Assembly: GCA_018817505.1 (NCBI GenBank)
Contig: JAHITR010000021.1
Coordinates: forward strand, 1,077 to 65,076
DNA from: Candidatus Bipolaricaulota bacterium
GTDB taxonomy: Bacteria; Bipolaricaulota; Bipolaricaulia; UBA7950; UBA9294
DNA length: 64,000 nt
Direction: 5' to 3'
The notes beneath the pieces are model-generated. The model did no database searches, had not been told where the DNA came from, and saw nothing but the letters and a program-made list of their open reading frames with translations. Positions 15,968 through 26,406 of the stretch are shown one piece after another; the first letter of the stretch is position 1, and every line of letters starts with the position of its first letter. A program made the position numbers and the translations under genes.

Positions 15968-18047
15968 GCCACAGTCTGTAGCTGTTGTTGGAGCCAGCCC
16001 CAACGAGGGCTCTGTTGCGGGCACGATCTTGCAGAATCTGCACTCCTGCGGATTCTCCGGAGACATCTTCCCGGTCAATCCTAAATACGAAACCGTTTTT
16101 GGGTTTGCCTGCTACCCTTCGATCAGCGCACTACCAGACACGACTGACCTTGCCATCTTGGCAATCAACCGAAGCCTGGTTCTCCAAGCAGTTGAAGAGT
16201 GTGGAGAACGGGGCATTCGTCATCTTGTGATTGTTACTGCCGGGTTCAAGGAAGCCGGGGCAGAAGGCGAACGATTGGAGTCGGCATTGCGGGATTTGAT
16301 CGCTCGCTATGATCTGAATGTTGTAGGACCCAATTGCATGGGCATCATTCACCGCTCTGAAGGCATCAAGCTCAATGCTTCTTTCTCTCGCTGGTTCCTT
16401 ACTGGTGGAGGCATCGGATTCATTTCACAAAGCGGATCACTCGGGGAGACGCTCCTGGAGACCTTTGAAGACGCAGGGCTGGGTGTCTCGACCTTCATTA
16501 ATCTAGGCAATCGAGCCGGGTTGACTGAAAACGACTTCTTGCGGTTGCTTGCAGACGACCCTCAGTGTCGAGCGATCTTCTTGTATCTAGAGAGCTTCGC
16601 AGAGCCCCACGAATTTCGCCGAATCCTTGAGTCCATTCATCAAGACAAGCCTGTCGTCGTGCTCAAAGCAGGCAGGACCAAAGCGGGAGCAGCTGCTGTA
16701 GTGTCCCATACAGGCTCGCTGGCCAGCCCAGATGCCATTGTTGATGCCTTCCTTCGCCAGTGTGGGGCCTTGCGTGTGACGACAATCGACGAGGCACTCA
16801 GTGCACTGCGTGTGCTACAGAAGGGAGTTTTGCCTGCAGGAAACCGAGTGGTCATTCTGACCAATGCAGGTGGTGCGGGGATCATAGCTGCCGACGCGTG
16901 TGAGCGCCTGAGCATTGATGTTCCTGCGCTCTCAGATGAAGTCCAGATGAAGCTTCGCGAGTTCCTTCCTCCAGAAGCTGGATACGGCAATCCGGTGGAC
17001 ATGATCGCCACGGCAAGCAGCGAACACTACGAAAAGGCCTTGGAGACAACGCTGCCTTCAGTGGACGCAGCCATTGTTATCTTTAGACCCCCGATGGTTT
17101 ATCACGAGCCTGTGGAGAATGTGGCCGACGGTATCTTGAGGGTTCTCGCGAAGATGCCGACCAAGCCCGTTTTGGTTTGCACGTTGAGTCGCAGCGATAT
17201 GGTGACTCCGCTTGTCAAACGTCTGCAAGAGCAATGGATCCCCAGCTACGTGATGCCCGAGACTGCAGTCAGTGCAGTCGACGTACTGTGTCGCGTGAAG
17301 GCGCTGGAAGTGGAAGCTCAGTCCGCCAATGAGGCTTACTCCACGGCGAATGGCCGGGCGATTGCGGGCCAAATTCTTGAGCAAGCAGCGGCTGAAGGAA
17401 GAACTGGTTTGAGCTTTGGTGAAGGCGCAGAGATTCTGGCTGCCTATGGTCTCTCTGTTTGTCCCTTTGCCTACATTGAGTCACTGGAAGACGGTATTGT
17501 ATTCCTCAAGCAAGCGTGCGGGCCGATCGTTCTCAAGATTGACTCCCCCCAGCTCTTGCATCGATTCGAGGCCAATGCCGTGATCACGGACATTGAAACA
17601 AATGGCGGACTCGTCGAAGCCTTCTTGCAGTTGCGTGAGACAATTGATCACCTTGGAATGGCCGACGCGCGGATTCTTGCGCAGAAGATGTTGGCCGGAC
17701 GAGAGCTAATCATTGGATTGGATCGAGATCCCTCATTTGGGCCGGCCATCATGTTTGGCATTGGCGGAACATTGGTTGAGGCGCTACGCGACGTTTCTTT
17801 CGGTGTGTCGCCTATCTCTCAATCCGAAGCCGAAACGATGATTCGATCGATTCGGGCATTCCCCCTATTGCAGGCGTTTCGCGGACAACCGGCTGTCGAC
17901 CTTGAATCACTTGCGGATATCATCACACGACTGGGTCAATTGGCCACGGACTGCCCGAACATCGCTGAACTGGACCTCAATCCTGTTATCGCGACAACAC
18001 AGGGAACCTACGCCGTGGACATTCTGTTTCGAGTTGCCTCTTCGTAG
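15939..18047 (+). CDS. acetate/acyl-CoA ligase (ADP/NDP-forming), fused alpha-beta subunits (CoA-binding + ligase-CoA + ATP-grasp)
   Basis: The N-terminal CoA-binding Rossmann signature (...PQSVAVVGASPNEGSVAGTI...), ...VGPNCMGII... and a C-terminal ATP-grasp region match the ~700-aa fused architecture. Confidence 0.8.
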   Translation: MKNDLSKLLKPQSVAVVGASPNEGSVAGTILQNLHSCGFSGDIFPVNPKYETVFGFACYPSISALPDTTDLAILAINRSLVLQAVEECGERGIRHLVIVTAGFKEAGAEGERLESALRDLIARYDLNVVGPNCMGIIHRSEGIKLNASFSRWFLTGGGIGFISQSGSLGETLLETFEDAGLGVSTFINLGNRAGLTENDFLRLLADDPQCRAIFLYLESFAEPHEFRRILESIHQDKPVVVLKAGRTKAGAAAVVSHTGSLASPDAIVDAFLRQCGALRVTTIDEALSALRVLQKGVLPAGNRVVILTNAGGAGIIAADACERLSIDVPALSDEVQMKLREFLPPEAGYGNPVDMIATASSEHYEKALETTLPSVDAAIVIFRPPMVYHEPVENVADGILRVLAKMPTKPVLVCTLSRSDMVTPLVKRLQEQWIPSYVMPETAVSAVDVLCRVKALEVEAQSANEAYSTANGRAIAGQILEQAAAEGRTGLSFGEGAEILAAYGLSVCPFAYIESLEDGIVFLKQACGPIVLKIDSPQLLHRFEANAVITDIETNGGLVEAFLQLRETIDHLGMADARILAQKMLAGRELIIGLDRDPSFGPAIMFGIGGTLVEALRDVSFGVSPISQSEAETMIRSIRAFPLLQAFRGQPAVDLESLADIITRLGQLATDCPNIAELDLNPVIATTQGTYAVDILFRVASS

Positions 18048-18074
18048 ATGCCAGTCTGGAACCCTCCTAGCAGG

Positions 18075-19370
18075 CTAAGGGTACAGTCGATTAATCTGTC
18101 GAGGGAACGGAATGACTTCGCGGATGTGTGACACGCCCGTAATCCAGGTGATGACGCGTGCCAATCCCATTCCGAATCCTGAATGAGGAACAGAACCATA
18201 CTTTCGCAAATCGACGTACCACTGGTAGGGTTCGACAGCGAGTCCTGCCTGCTTCAGCTGAGCAACAAGATCGGCTTCGCTGTCCACACGCTGGCTTCCT
18301 CCAATGATCTCCCCATACCCTTCAGGGGCAATTAGGTCTGCAGCCAACACGCGAGACGGATCGGATGGGTCGCGTTTCATGTAGAACGGTTTCATTTCCA
18401 CAGGGAATCGTTCAATAAACACGGGCCTCTTGAAGTGATCTCCTAATGCGGCTTCCTGAGGCGCCCCAAAATCATCCCCGAATGAGACTTCGTGTCCCAG
18501 CTCTTGAAGCAGCGTCACGGCTTCTCCGTAGTCAATGTGAGCAAACGGTTCAGCCACTTCACGTCGAAGGAGGTCCACATCGCGCTCAAGCTCCTTCAGT
18601 TCAGCGGCCTTCTCCTCAATCACTGTGGTTACGATGAAGCGAACGAGGTCCTCTTGTAGCTCAAGGTTGGCCTTGTGATCATAGAACGCCATTTCGGCTT
18701 CTGCGATCCAAAACTCAGTGACGTGCTTTCGTGTCTTTGATTTCTCGGCTCTGAATGCCGGGCCGATCCAATAGACACGCCCGAGTGCCATGGCGGTGGC
18801 TTCCAAATAAAGCTGGCCAGATTGTCCCAAATAGGCAGGGACCCCGAAATAGTCAAGCTCGAACAGTGTCGTCGTGCCTTCGACGGATGTACCCGTTAGG
18901 ATGGGGGCTTCTGTCGCTACGAAGCCGCGCTGATAGAAGAACTCGCGGAACGCTCGGAAGGCGGCATCGCGGATGCGAAGAACGGGAACCTGCCGCCCTG
19001 TCCGAATCCACAGGTGACGATGATCCATGAGAAAGCCTGGCGTCTGTTCTTTCAGCTCAATCGGGAAATCTTCAGTCGGCTGATGCAGGATCTCTAGATC
19101 CTCCAGCAGCAACTCGCAACCAATCGATGAGCGATGATCCTCCTTCAAACGACCATGCACGATGAACGAGGTCTCCCGCGGTAGCTGGCTCGCTTTCTCG
19201 AAGAGATCGGGATTGTCTGACACACCGAGCACGGCCTGAATGACTCCTGAGCCGTCGCGAATCTGCAGAAACAGGATCTTCCCGCTAGAGCGCTTATTGT
19301 AGAGCCACCCTTGTAAGGTGACTTGCTGTCCGATGTGCTGATGCGCTTCTGAAATGGTGATAGTCGGCAT
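18075..19370 (-). CDS. asnS: class IIb aminoacyl-tRNA synthetase, most likely asparagine--tRNA ligase (archaeal-type AspRS not excluded)
   Basis: N-terminal OB anticodon-binding domain, then class II motifs (...FRAEKSKTRKHVTEFWIAEAEMAF..., ...GGSQRVD..., ...GFGMGLARV...). Its 431 aa is typical. GGGAGGGAAT RBS. Confidence 0.7.
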   Translation of the reverse strand: MPTITISEAHQHIGQQVTLQGWLYNKRSSGKILFLQIRDGSGVIQAVLGVSDNPDLFEKASQLPRETSFIVHGRLKEDHRSSIGCELLLEDLEILHQPTEDFPIELKEQTPGFLMDHRHLWIRTGRQVPVLRIRDAAFRAFREFFYQRGFVATEAPILTGTSVEGTTTLFELDYFGVPAYLGQSGQLYLEATAMALGRVYWIGPAFRAEKSKTRKHVTEFWIAEAEMAFYDHKANLELQEDLVRFIVTTVIEEKAAELKELERDVDLLRREVAEPFAHIDYGEAVTLLQELGHEVSFGDDFGAPQEAALGDHFKRPVFIERFPVEMKPFYMKRDPSDPSRVLAADLIAPEGYGEIIGGSQRVDSEADLVAQLKQAGLAVEPYQWYVDLRKYGSVPHSGFGMGLARVITWITGVSHIREVIPFPRQINRLYP

Positions 19371-19444
19371 ATTCCCTCCCTCCCAGGCGGGTTAGTATCG
19401 CAAGAGAATAGGGGCAACATTGGGGCGGCGCAAGGCCACAGGAA

Positions 19445-20851
19445 CTAGACGGCAGCGCCTTCGTCGGAACCGGCTTCAATCACTCGGCGAGCCCAGTTGC
19501 CCGTGAGGAAGAATCCCAAACAGACGAGGGCTGTTCCGAGGTTGGACCAAAACATCGCCCACCAGACTCCGTTGGATCCCCACGACAATACGTAGGCCAG
19601 CAGATAGATGAGCGGAATGCGCAACCCCCAAAGGCGGAACAGGCCGAAGAACATCGAATAGGCCGTGTGTCCGGATCCTTGGTAAACGCCAATGATGACT
19701 TGGATGATCCCCATGAACGGGAAAGCAAACCCAACCAAGAGAAGCATGCGAACGCCGATCGCTACGACTTCGGCATTGGAACTAAAGACCTGGATGAGGT
19801 GCGGCCGGAAAGGAATGACCAGAGCAGCAGCTGCCGCAAGGATTACGGTTGCGATGAGCATGCTGTCCCAGGCAACCCGGCGCGCGCGACCTGGCTTGCC
19901 TGCTCCGAGATTCTGCCCGACCATGGTGGCCGTGGCTTGACCCAATCCCGTGGCGGGCATGAGCACGAGAGAGATGAACGCAGTCCCGATCCCAAATGCT
20001 GTAATCACGTTCGTCCCCAAATTGGCCAACGCCCCGTTAAGAATGGTGAACCCCAAAGCAGTCCCTGTTTGTCCGATCGAGGACATGGTCCCGATGCTCG
20101 CGATTTGGCGGATCATAGGCCAGCGCGGCTTCAAGTGCGACACCCGAATGTGGATACCAAGTCTACCTGAGAACAACAAGTAAAATCCGGCCACAGAAAC
20201 CAATCCCCGAGAGATGACCGTGGCTACGGCTGCTCCAGTCACGCCCCACTCTGGGAACGGCCCCCATCCGAGAATCAGCAATGGATCTAGAAGAACATTG
20301 GCCACTACAGATATGCCCATCAAGATCATGGGCGAAACCGTGTCTCCGCTCCCATTCAGAATGGCAGCGAACAAGAAAGTTGAGAACATGAGTGGCGCAC
20401 CAATGAAGATGATCCTTAGGTAGGTGGTCGCCGCTGTTGCCAATGCCGGCTCAGCGCCCATCAACGAGATGACAGGCCCGGCTGCAAAGAAGCCCGCGAT
20501 GGCAAGCAGAACAGCGAAGATGGCGCTAAACAAGAACACTTGACTGGCGGCTAGATTGGCATCCTGCTCACGGTTGGCGCCGGTGTACTGGGAGATGAGC
20601 GCCATGCCTGCAACTGTGAACCCACTGGCTACAGAGATGGATAGAAACACCAGCGGGAAAGACAGCTGAACTGCCGCGATCCCAACCCCGACTCCTCCCG
20701 TATCCCACTTGCCGAGCCAAAATCGATCCGTGAAGTTGTAAAGTGTTTGGAAGAGATTGGATAACATGACCGGCCACGCGAGCTTCAGAAGCGAACGCGT
20801 GATTGGACCCGTTGTCAGGTCATTCGGTTTGCGGAAGGACTGTCGTTTCAT
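19445..20851 (-). CDS. MATE-family multidrug/oligosaccharidyl-lipid exporter
   Basis: Twelve-TM topology with the MATE N-terminal signature (...LAWPVMLSNLFQTLYNFTDRFWLGK...). Confidence 0.85.
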   Translation of the reverse strand: MKRQSFRKPNDLTTGPITRSLLKLAWPVMLSNLFQTLYNFTDRFWLGKWDTGGVGVGIAAVQLSFPLVFLSISVASGFTVAGMALISQYTGANREQDANLAASQVFLFSAIFAVLLAIAGFFAAGPVISLMGAEPALATAATTYLRIIFIGAPLMFSTFLFAAILNGSGDTVSPMILMGISVVANVLLDPLLILGWGPFPEWGVTGAAVATVISRGLVSVAGFYLLFSGRLGIHIRVSHLKPRWPMIRQIASIGTMSSIGQTGTALGFTILNGALANLGTNVITAFGIGTAFISLVLMPATGLGQATATMVGQNLGAGKPGRARRVAWDSMLIATVILAAAAALVIPFRPHLIQVFSSNAEVVAIGVRMLLLVGFAFPFMGIIQVIIGVYQGSGHTAYSMFFGLFRLWGLRIPLIYLLAYVLSWGSNGVWWAMFWSNLGTALVCLGFFLTGNWARRVIEAGSDEGAAV

Positions 20852-20924
20852 GGGGCCGTATTATACGCATCCGTGCCTATCCCACGACACCCAACAGTGA
20901 TTGGGAACACGTGAGCGGTGGGCG

Positions 20925-20953
20925 TTGACAAATGGCAACACAGTCTATAGACT
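20925..20953 (+). promoter_or_regulatory. sigma70-like promoter TTGACA-N17-TAGACT; predicted TSS at or within a few nt of the ATG at 20960 (leaderless mRNA)
   Basis: Near-consensus -35 with 17-nt spacer. The -10 hexamer ends 6 nt before the start codon, and there is no SD sequence. Confidence 0.4.
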
Positions 20954-20959
20954 CGCTTC

Positions 20960-21667
20960 ATGCCCAAGGCTCAGTTCTCTGACATCCTTCACAAAGCCCG
21001 ATCAGACAAGGGTCTAAGCCTGCGTCAATTGGCTACCCAATCGGGGATTGAGTTCACGCGCCTATCTCGCATGGAACATGGCACGCGTCCAGCTCCCGGG
21101 CTTCCTGAGATGAGACGCTTGGCCGAACTACTCTCACTCAATCTCGTCGATCTGCTCGTTTCGGCGGGCACACCGCGCGAGGCAGTGGAGCAGTTGCTTT
21201 GGGTCGAGCGCATGCAACAAGCCAAACGGGTGAAGTACCTGGCGGAGTATCGCCCTGAGGGTCACCGCGCGGGGATCAAGAACGAGTTTGTCGCGACGGT
21301 TGTCGAGAGAGACGGCGCGTTCTGCAAAGCGATGATTGGCTCTGAGACCTGGTGCTTGCTGACATTCTCTGATGCAGCAGTTCTGCGCGTCATTGTGCCT
21401 CCAGAGGCGATCCTGATGTTCTCCGCCAGCCCGGAATCCATTGCATGGATGCCCTCTAACATCTTTCGCACGCGAGTCTGCAAGATCCGAAATGTCGGAA
21501 GACTGTTGAATCTCGTCCTTGAGGTTGGCGGAATTGAATTGAATGCCCTTGCGCTGAGCACACCGAACCATGATGTGCCGACAAAACTTGGCGATGAGAT
21601 GTTTGTTTCGATATCCCCGGTGGCTTTGTTGACCGAACCACTTGAACGCATGGAAGGAAGAACATGA
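20960..21667 (+). CDS. transcriptional regulator: XRE-family HTH + C-terminal TOBE (transport-associated OB, ModE-C/MopII-like) domain
   Basis: The N-terminus (...KGLSLRQLATQSGIEFTRLSRMEHGTRPAP...) is a Cro/C1-type HTH. The C-terminal ~70 aa (...RNVGRLLNLVLEVGGIELNALALSTPNHDVPTKLGDEMFVSISPVALLTEPL) fits the TOBE pattern. Its stop overlaps the next start (ATGA). Confidence 0.75.
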   Translation: MPKAQFSDILHKARSDKGLSLRQLATQSGIEFTRLSRMEHGTRPAPGLPEMRRLAELLSLNLVDLLVSAGTPREAVEQLLWVERMQQAKRVKYLAEYRPEGHRAGIKNEFVATVVERDGAFCKAMIGSETWCLLTFSDAAVLRVIVPPEAILMFSASPESIAWMPSNIFRTRVCKIRNVGRLLNLVLEVGGIELNALALSTPNHDVPTKLGDEMFVSISPVALLTEPLERMEGRT

Positions 21668-23157
21668 ACAGACAATGGTTGATTGGTACGCTCCTCGTTT
21701 TGGGATTGGCTTGGGCAGCGATCGCTTCTGGTTCGCCAGCCGTTTATGTGCAGACTGAAGCAGGTTTTGTCGAGGTTTTTTTGGGAGATTTTCCCCTCAT
21801 CGAAGGAACGGTTGCCTATGAAGGGCCTGCAACAGGCGATGGTGGGGCGAATTGGAAGAGCTCCAATACATACCGGGGTGTTTCCGTTCTTTCCATACTT
21901 GAGTCCGCGGGAGGGGTTGCTGGTGCCGACTCGCTAGGTATCGTCGCTGTTGACGGTTGGTATAAGAAGGTGCCCGTGTCCGTTCTTTCTGGCGACTCTG
22001 TCGCTGGTGTTCCGATTCTTGCCTTGGAGCGAAACGGTGAATCGGGCGATGATTGGGAAGATGGACCCATGTTGGTCTTTCTCCCTGAAGATGAGGCATT
22101 CAGCAATGACGACATGTTGACGGCCTTGGGGTCGGAATTCTCCCATTACTTTGGGGAGGAACCGTCCACGACGGGCATGATGGTGAAAGGCGTGGCCTAT
22201 CTTGTCCCCAATTATGATGGCTCCGCCCTCCCCCTTGAGCCCGAGGTTGTCGCCCCCGACGCGGCCAGCTTTCCGGACGGCAACGTCTTGACTGTCGTTC
22301 GTGGGGACGATTCGCTTGCCTATACGATGGAGGAGGTAGAGGCATTTGAGACGCTCGGAGGGCAGGGAACATTCACGACCTCGACCAATGCCGACTACAT
22401 GGCAAGCTATGTCGGTGTTCCCATGACGACGTTCATTGGCAATGTCAATTCCGACGCAACGATCCGGGTGACGGCCGCGGATGGGTACTCAATGAATTAC
22501 TCGGCGGAAACATTTCAGGACACCTCAGAAGGAACGTGGATTCTTGCCTACAAGGAAAACGGCAACTACATGCCATTTGACCCCGGCTACTTCCGAATCG
22601 TGAGGGTAGGAGACGAATCGACGCACTTCTCCAGCGCACTGTCTGCCAAGATGGTCGTACTCATTGAGATTCTCGGAGTCTACGTGGACTACGGCTTGGA
22701 GCTGACAGGGGCTGTGGAGCGAACGTTCTCTCGGTCCGAGTTGGAAGAGGGCGTTGGCTGTCCATGCCATGTGTCGACAGTGACCGTCACCAGCAAAGGT
22801 GTCGCCAGCGAATATACGGGTATCCCGCTGTGGCGACTGATCGCCTTTGTCGATGATGGCGTCTTCCCTGCCGCCGCGTTGGGCCTTCACTACAATGACA
22901 CCGACTTCAACGACGTGCTGGCCCAGGCCGGATACACAATCGATCTGGTGGCCTCCGACGGGTACACGCAGACCGTGACCTCGGATCTGATTGCCCGCAA
23001 CGATCTCTTTATCGTCGCATTCAAGAAAGATGGCGTGTTCCTGGATCCTGACAGCAATGGGTACATGCGATTTGTCTTTGATGACTCTGTCGGATTGCCC
23101 GAGGACTCGAATCTTCGATCTGTGAAGTTCCTGACCAAGATTCTGCTAGGGCTGTAG
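21664..23157 (+). CDS. secreted protein with three tandem domains resembling the sulfite-oxidase-family molybdopterin-binding fold (no conserved Mo-ligand Cys in domains 1-2; CPC in domain 3)
   Basis: Signal peptide MNRQWLIGTLLVLGLAWAAIASG. There are three ~140-aa units, each with a ...(A/V)xDGY..., ...(I/V)LA(F/Y)xxNGxx(L/M)..., ...G(F/Y)xR(L/I)Vxx... pattern, and the last unit ends ...RSVKFLTKI. Confidence 0.65.
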   Translation: MNRQWLIGTLLVLGLAWAAIASGSPAVYVQTEAGFVEVFLGDFPLIEGTVAYEGPATGDGGANWKSSNTYRGVSVLSILESAGGVAGADSLGIVAVDGWYKKVPVSVLSGDSVAGVPILALERNGESGDDWEDGPMLVFLPEDEAFSNDDMLTALGSEFSHYFGEEPSTTGMMVKGVAYLVPNYDGSALPLEPEVVAPDAASFPDGNVLTVVRGDDSLAYTMEEVEAFETLGGQGTFTTSTNADYMASYVGVPMTTFIGNVNSDATIRVTAADGYSMNYSAETFQDTSEGTWILAYKENGNYMPFDPGYFRIVRVGDESTHFSSALSAKMVVLIEILGVYVDYGLELTGAVERTFSRSELEEGVGCPCHVSTVTVTSKGVASEYTGIPLWRLIAFVDDGVFPAAALGLHYNDTDFNDVLAQAGYTIDLVASDGYTQTVTSDLIARNDLFIVAFKKDGVFLDPDSNGYMRFVFDDSVGLPEDSNLRSVKFLTKILLGL

Positions 23158-23166
23158 GCGGATATC

Positions 23167-24207
23167 ATGGCTAAGTCGAGCACGAGGTCACGATTCGATC
23201 TTCGGGACCTCGTGCTTATCGCGTTGCTCTCTGCAGTCGGCGGCGTGTTATCGACGTACGTTGGCTATCTTGGGAACCTGATCAATCGGCTGTTCGGCGT
23301 TCCGTTTGGTGCCGGGCAGTTGATCGCCGGTGTTCACGTGCTTTGGCCCCTGCTAGCTCGGGTCATCATTCGAAAATTCGGATCTGGAACGATGACCGGG
23401 CTTATCAAAGGGTTGGTCGAATTCCTCTCTGGCGGTACACACGGGATCGTCATCGTGCTGGTTTCCGTCATCGAGGGGCTGTTCATTGATGTTGGAATGA
23501 GCATGACTTCGCGCCGATCGTTGGGCGTGATGATGCTTTCGGGGGCTGTTGCGTCGGCAACCAATGTCTTCATCTTTCAGGCCATCTACTTCGCCAATAT
23601 CCCGTTGAGCCTGTTGTCCGGCATGGCGGGGCTTGCCCTTGTTTCAGGGGCGTTCTTTGGCGGTTACTTGGCGTGGGATCTGCACGATCTGCTGCGCAAG
23701 TCGCACCTCATTCGATCTGTGGCAGAATCCGGGACGAAGCAGCAGCGTGCCAACTGGTGGAGGCGCGGCGCGACTCTGCTTGTCGTAGTGATTGGCTTGG
23801 TTGGAGCTGCAATGTACTACCTCACAGTCTATGATCCATTTGCGACTCCAGACGCTGTGAGCATCGAAGGATCTGTCGCATCTCCCTACAGCTATTCTCT
23901 GACAGAAGGGGATGCTGCGGCTGTGACAATCCACGCCGAATTGATTGGGAGTACGATGACGCTGCCAGCGCAAGACTATACGGGGCCCTTGCTTCGTCAG
24001 ATCATTGAGCGTGCAGAGCCAGATGCCGGTGTGAGTTCCGTTCACGTGATTGCCGCGGATGGGTACGAGATCGAATTCTCATGGGATGCTGTCCAAGCAG
24101 ATGGGGAACTTCTTCTGACGCTGGAGAACGGCACCATTCGATTGGTGGCAGCCGCATACGATGGATCACATTGGGTCCAGCAAGTGAGGCGTATCGTTGT
24201 CCACTAA
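23167..24207 (+). CDS. ECF-transporter S component (substrate-capture membrane subunit) fused to a C-terminal extracytoplasmic SO-family-fold-like domain
   Basis: The N-terminal ~190 aa has 5-6 TM segments in an S-component-like arrangement. After a further TM segment (LLVVVIGLVGAAMYYL), the C-terminal ~120 aa (...HVIAADGYEIEFSWDAVQADGELLLTLENGTIRLVAAAYDGSHWVQQVRRIVV) is paralogous to the upstream secreted protein. Overlaps the EcfA start. Confidence 0.6.
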   Translation: MAKSSTRSRFDLRDLVLIALLSAVGGVLSTYVGYLGNLINRLFGVPFGAGQLIAGVHVLWPLLARVIIRKFGSGTMTGLIKGLVEFLSGGTHGIVIVLVSVIEGLFIDVGMSMTSRRSLGVMMLSGAVASATNVFIFQAIYFANIPLSLLSGMAGLALVSGAFFGGYLAWDLHDLLRKSHLIRSVAESGTKQQRANWWRRGATLLVVVIGLVGAAMYYLTVYDPFATPDAVSIEGSVASPYSYSLTEGDAAAVTIHAELIGSTMTLPAQDYTGPLLRQIIERAEPDAGVSSVHVIAADGYEIEFSWDAVQADGELLLTLENGTIRLVAAAYDGSHWVQQVRRIVVH

Positions 24208-25642
24208 GGCCCCACGCATCGAGGTGAAGGATCTCTGCGTTCAATTCCCTGAGCGAGAACGTTTGGCGCTCGATCATCTCACAGCAAGGATTGAGCCAGG
24301 CCAGACGCTGGCTATTACCGGCCCGTCGGGCTGTGGAAAGACCACGTTGCTTCGTACACTGGCCGGCTTCATCCCCGACATGATTCATGCTGACGTAAGT
24401 GGAGAGATTCAAGTCGACGATCAACTGCTGGCTGCTATCGATCTGGAACAACTGGCTGTGGCTATCGGGCTGGTTCAGCAGGACCCGGATGCTCAGGTCT
24501 GTACGTTGCGGGTACATTCGGAAGTGGCTTTTGGCCCAGAGAATCTCTGTTTGCCGCAATCAGAAGTGGCGTCACGCGTTGCCGATTCTCTGGCGGCACT
24601 GGGGTTGTCTCATCTCACAGGGCGTGAGACCACCTCTTTATCAGGGGGAGAGAAGCAGCGGCTCGCCGTGGCGGCTATCCTGGCGATGCATCCGTCGGTC
24701 ATCCTGCTGGATGAGCCAACAGCCCATTTGGATCCAGCGGGCGCAAGAGACTTGTTTGACCTATTGAACAAGCTGCAGCAGCAGACGGCATGCACGCTGG
24801 TTGTGGTTGAGCATCGATTGCTGCCGCTTCGTACGTTGAATCCAGAGATTTGGATCATGGATCAGGGGAAGCTTGTTGAGCGCGATGCGACGCGCATCCA
24901 CGAAGAAGTCGGCAGCCTTGCTCGCGCACGCGCCTCAGATCACGCAATCGTCTCGCGTGGTTTGGGGTCTCAGCCCGATTTGCGTGTTGAACACGTATCG
25001 TTCGGTTTCCAGCAGCCATTGTTCGAAGACCTCTCCTTTTCGCTCAAGCCGGGAATGATCCTTGGTATCATCGGCCCCAACGGCGGGGGGAAGACAACGC
25101 TCCTGCGTCTCATGGCGGAATTGGAGCGCCCGAATGAGGGAACGATCGTTCGATCGAGAGAGCTGCGCGTGGGGATGGTCTTTCAGCATCCGCATCAGCA
25201 AATCTTCGAGCGAACGGTTCATCGCGACCTGGAGATTGAAGGGCCACTCGATGAATCAACGCTTTGTGCTTCCCTCTCCTCTGCGCGTCTGACAGGTTTG
25301 GCGGCGGCAGCGCCGCACTCCCTCAGTCTAGGCGAACAACGCAGGTTGACGGTGCTGGCTGCTTTGCGCGGGGCGCCCGATCTGCTGCTTCTCGATGAGC
25401 CGTTCATTGGCCAGGATCGCGAGAATGTGTCGTGGATTGTCGGCCAAATCGAGCAGGCACGCTCGCGCGGGGCAATGATCTGCTTGGTCACACACGACAT
25501 TCCGATGGCCGCCGTTCTTTGCGATCGTCTGCTCTATCTTGGAGAACGCGTGATCTTTGGGCCCCCTGATGACGTCTTTAGCCAGTTATATGAGGATGAC
25601 CTTGGGGCATTCACGCCGGATTTTTGGGACATCAACCAATGA
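24197..25642 (+). CDS. ECF transporter energizing ATPase, fused EcfA1-EcfA2 (two ABC ATPase domains)
   Basis: Two Walker A sites (GPSGCGKTT; GPNGGGKTT), two ABC signatures (LSGGEKQR; LSLGEQRR) and two Walker B sites (ILLDEP; LLLDEP). TTG start at 24197; GTG at 24224 is an alternative. Confidence 0.85.
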   Translation: MSTKAPRIEVKDLCVQFPERERLALDHLTARIEPGQTLAITGPSGCGKTTLLRTLAGFIPDMIHADVSGEIQVDDQLLAAIDLEQLAVAIGLVQQDPDAQVCTLRVHSEVAFGPENLCLPQSEVASRVADSLAALGLSHLTGRETTSLSGGEKQRLAVAAILAMHPSVILLDEPTAHLDPAGARDLFDLLNKLQQQTACTLVVVEHRLLPLRTLNPEIWIMDQGKLVERDATRIHEEVGSLARARASDHAIVSRGLGSQPDLRVEHVSFGFQQPLFEDLSFSLKPGMILGIIGPNGGGKTTLLRLMAELERPNEGTIVRSRELRVGMVFQHPHQQIFERTVHRDLEIEGPLDESTLCASLSSARLTGLAAAAPHSLSLGEQRRLTVLAALRGAPDLLLLDEPFIGQDRENVSWIVGQIEQARSRGAMICLVTHDIPMAAVLCDRLLYLGERVIFGPPDDVFSQLYEDDLGAFTPDFWDINQ

Positions 25643-26406
25643 TTCGAAGCATTGTCTATCATCCTGGGACTCGCGGTCTGCACCGGGTTAACCCAGGGAC
25701 AGGGCTCCTCTTGCTGGCATGCCTCATGCTTGCTGTACTTGGAACCCGCGGCATCTGCGCCAAAATGGCGGCTCTTCTCCTCGTCTTTGGCCTTGCCGCG
25801 TGGTCCGAAGGATCTGCATGGGCATGGTGCAAGTCGCTCCGTTTTGTCATCCTGTTTGCTGCACTGCTGTTTCTCACTCAGGTCTTGTCAATTCGTGATG
25901 GAGAGATCCTGTTTCGCATGGGGATTCCCATCACCACAGCCGGGCTTGTTGCGGGTGCGAACATGGCACTTCGATTTCTCGTCGTCCTGTCTGCCAGTTT
26001 CATGTTTGTCTTGACCACAGATCCTGATCGCTTTGCCAATGCGCTCATTCGCTGGGGTGTTCCCTACCGCTACGGGTTTACACTGATTCTGGCACTACGC
26101 TTCGTCCCGTTCTTCCGCAACGAGCTGCGCATTGTTCGAGAGGCACAAAGATTGAGAGGGATTCAGACGTCAGTACGGTCGATTGGGGGCATTCGACGAG
26201 CGATCCGATACACGTTTATTCCTGTCCTGGTTTCTGGACTCATTCGCGTCGATACCATCGCCATGTCCATGAAGGGGCGTGCCTTTGGGCTGTATCCACG
26301 ACGAACGGTTTCATCTCATGCTGCGCTGACGAGGGAGGACCTGCTCATCTGGCTGTGCTGCGGACTCATCCTCATTGGAACGTGGGCGGCGAGGAGGTAT
26401 GCATGA
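25639..26406 (+). CDS. ECF transporter transmembrane T component (EcfT/CbiQ family)
   Basis: ATGA overlap with the EcfA stop. Multi-TM protein with the conserved EcfT coupling region (...RFANALIRWGVPYRYGFTLILALRFVPFF..., ...EAQRLRG...). Confidence 0.8.
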   Translation: MIRSIVYHPGTRGLHRVNPGTGLLLLACLMLAVLGTRGICAKMAALLLVFGLAAWSEGSAWAWCKSLRFVILFAALLFLTQVLSIRDGEILFRMGIPITTAGLVAGANMALRFLVVLSASFMFVLTTDPDRFANALIRWGVPYRYGFTLILALRFVPFFRNELRIVREAQRLRGIQTSVRSIGGIRRAIRYTFIPVLVSGLIRVDTIAMSMKGRAFGLYPRRTVSSHAALTREDLLIWLCCGLILIGTWAARRYA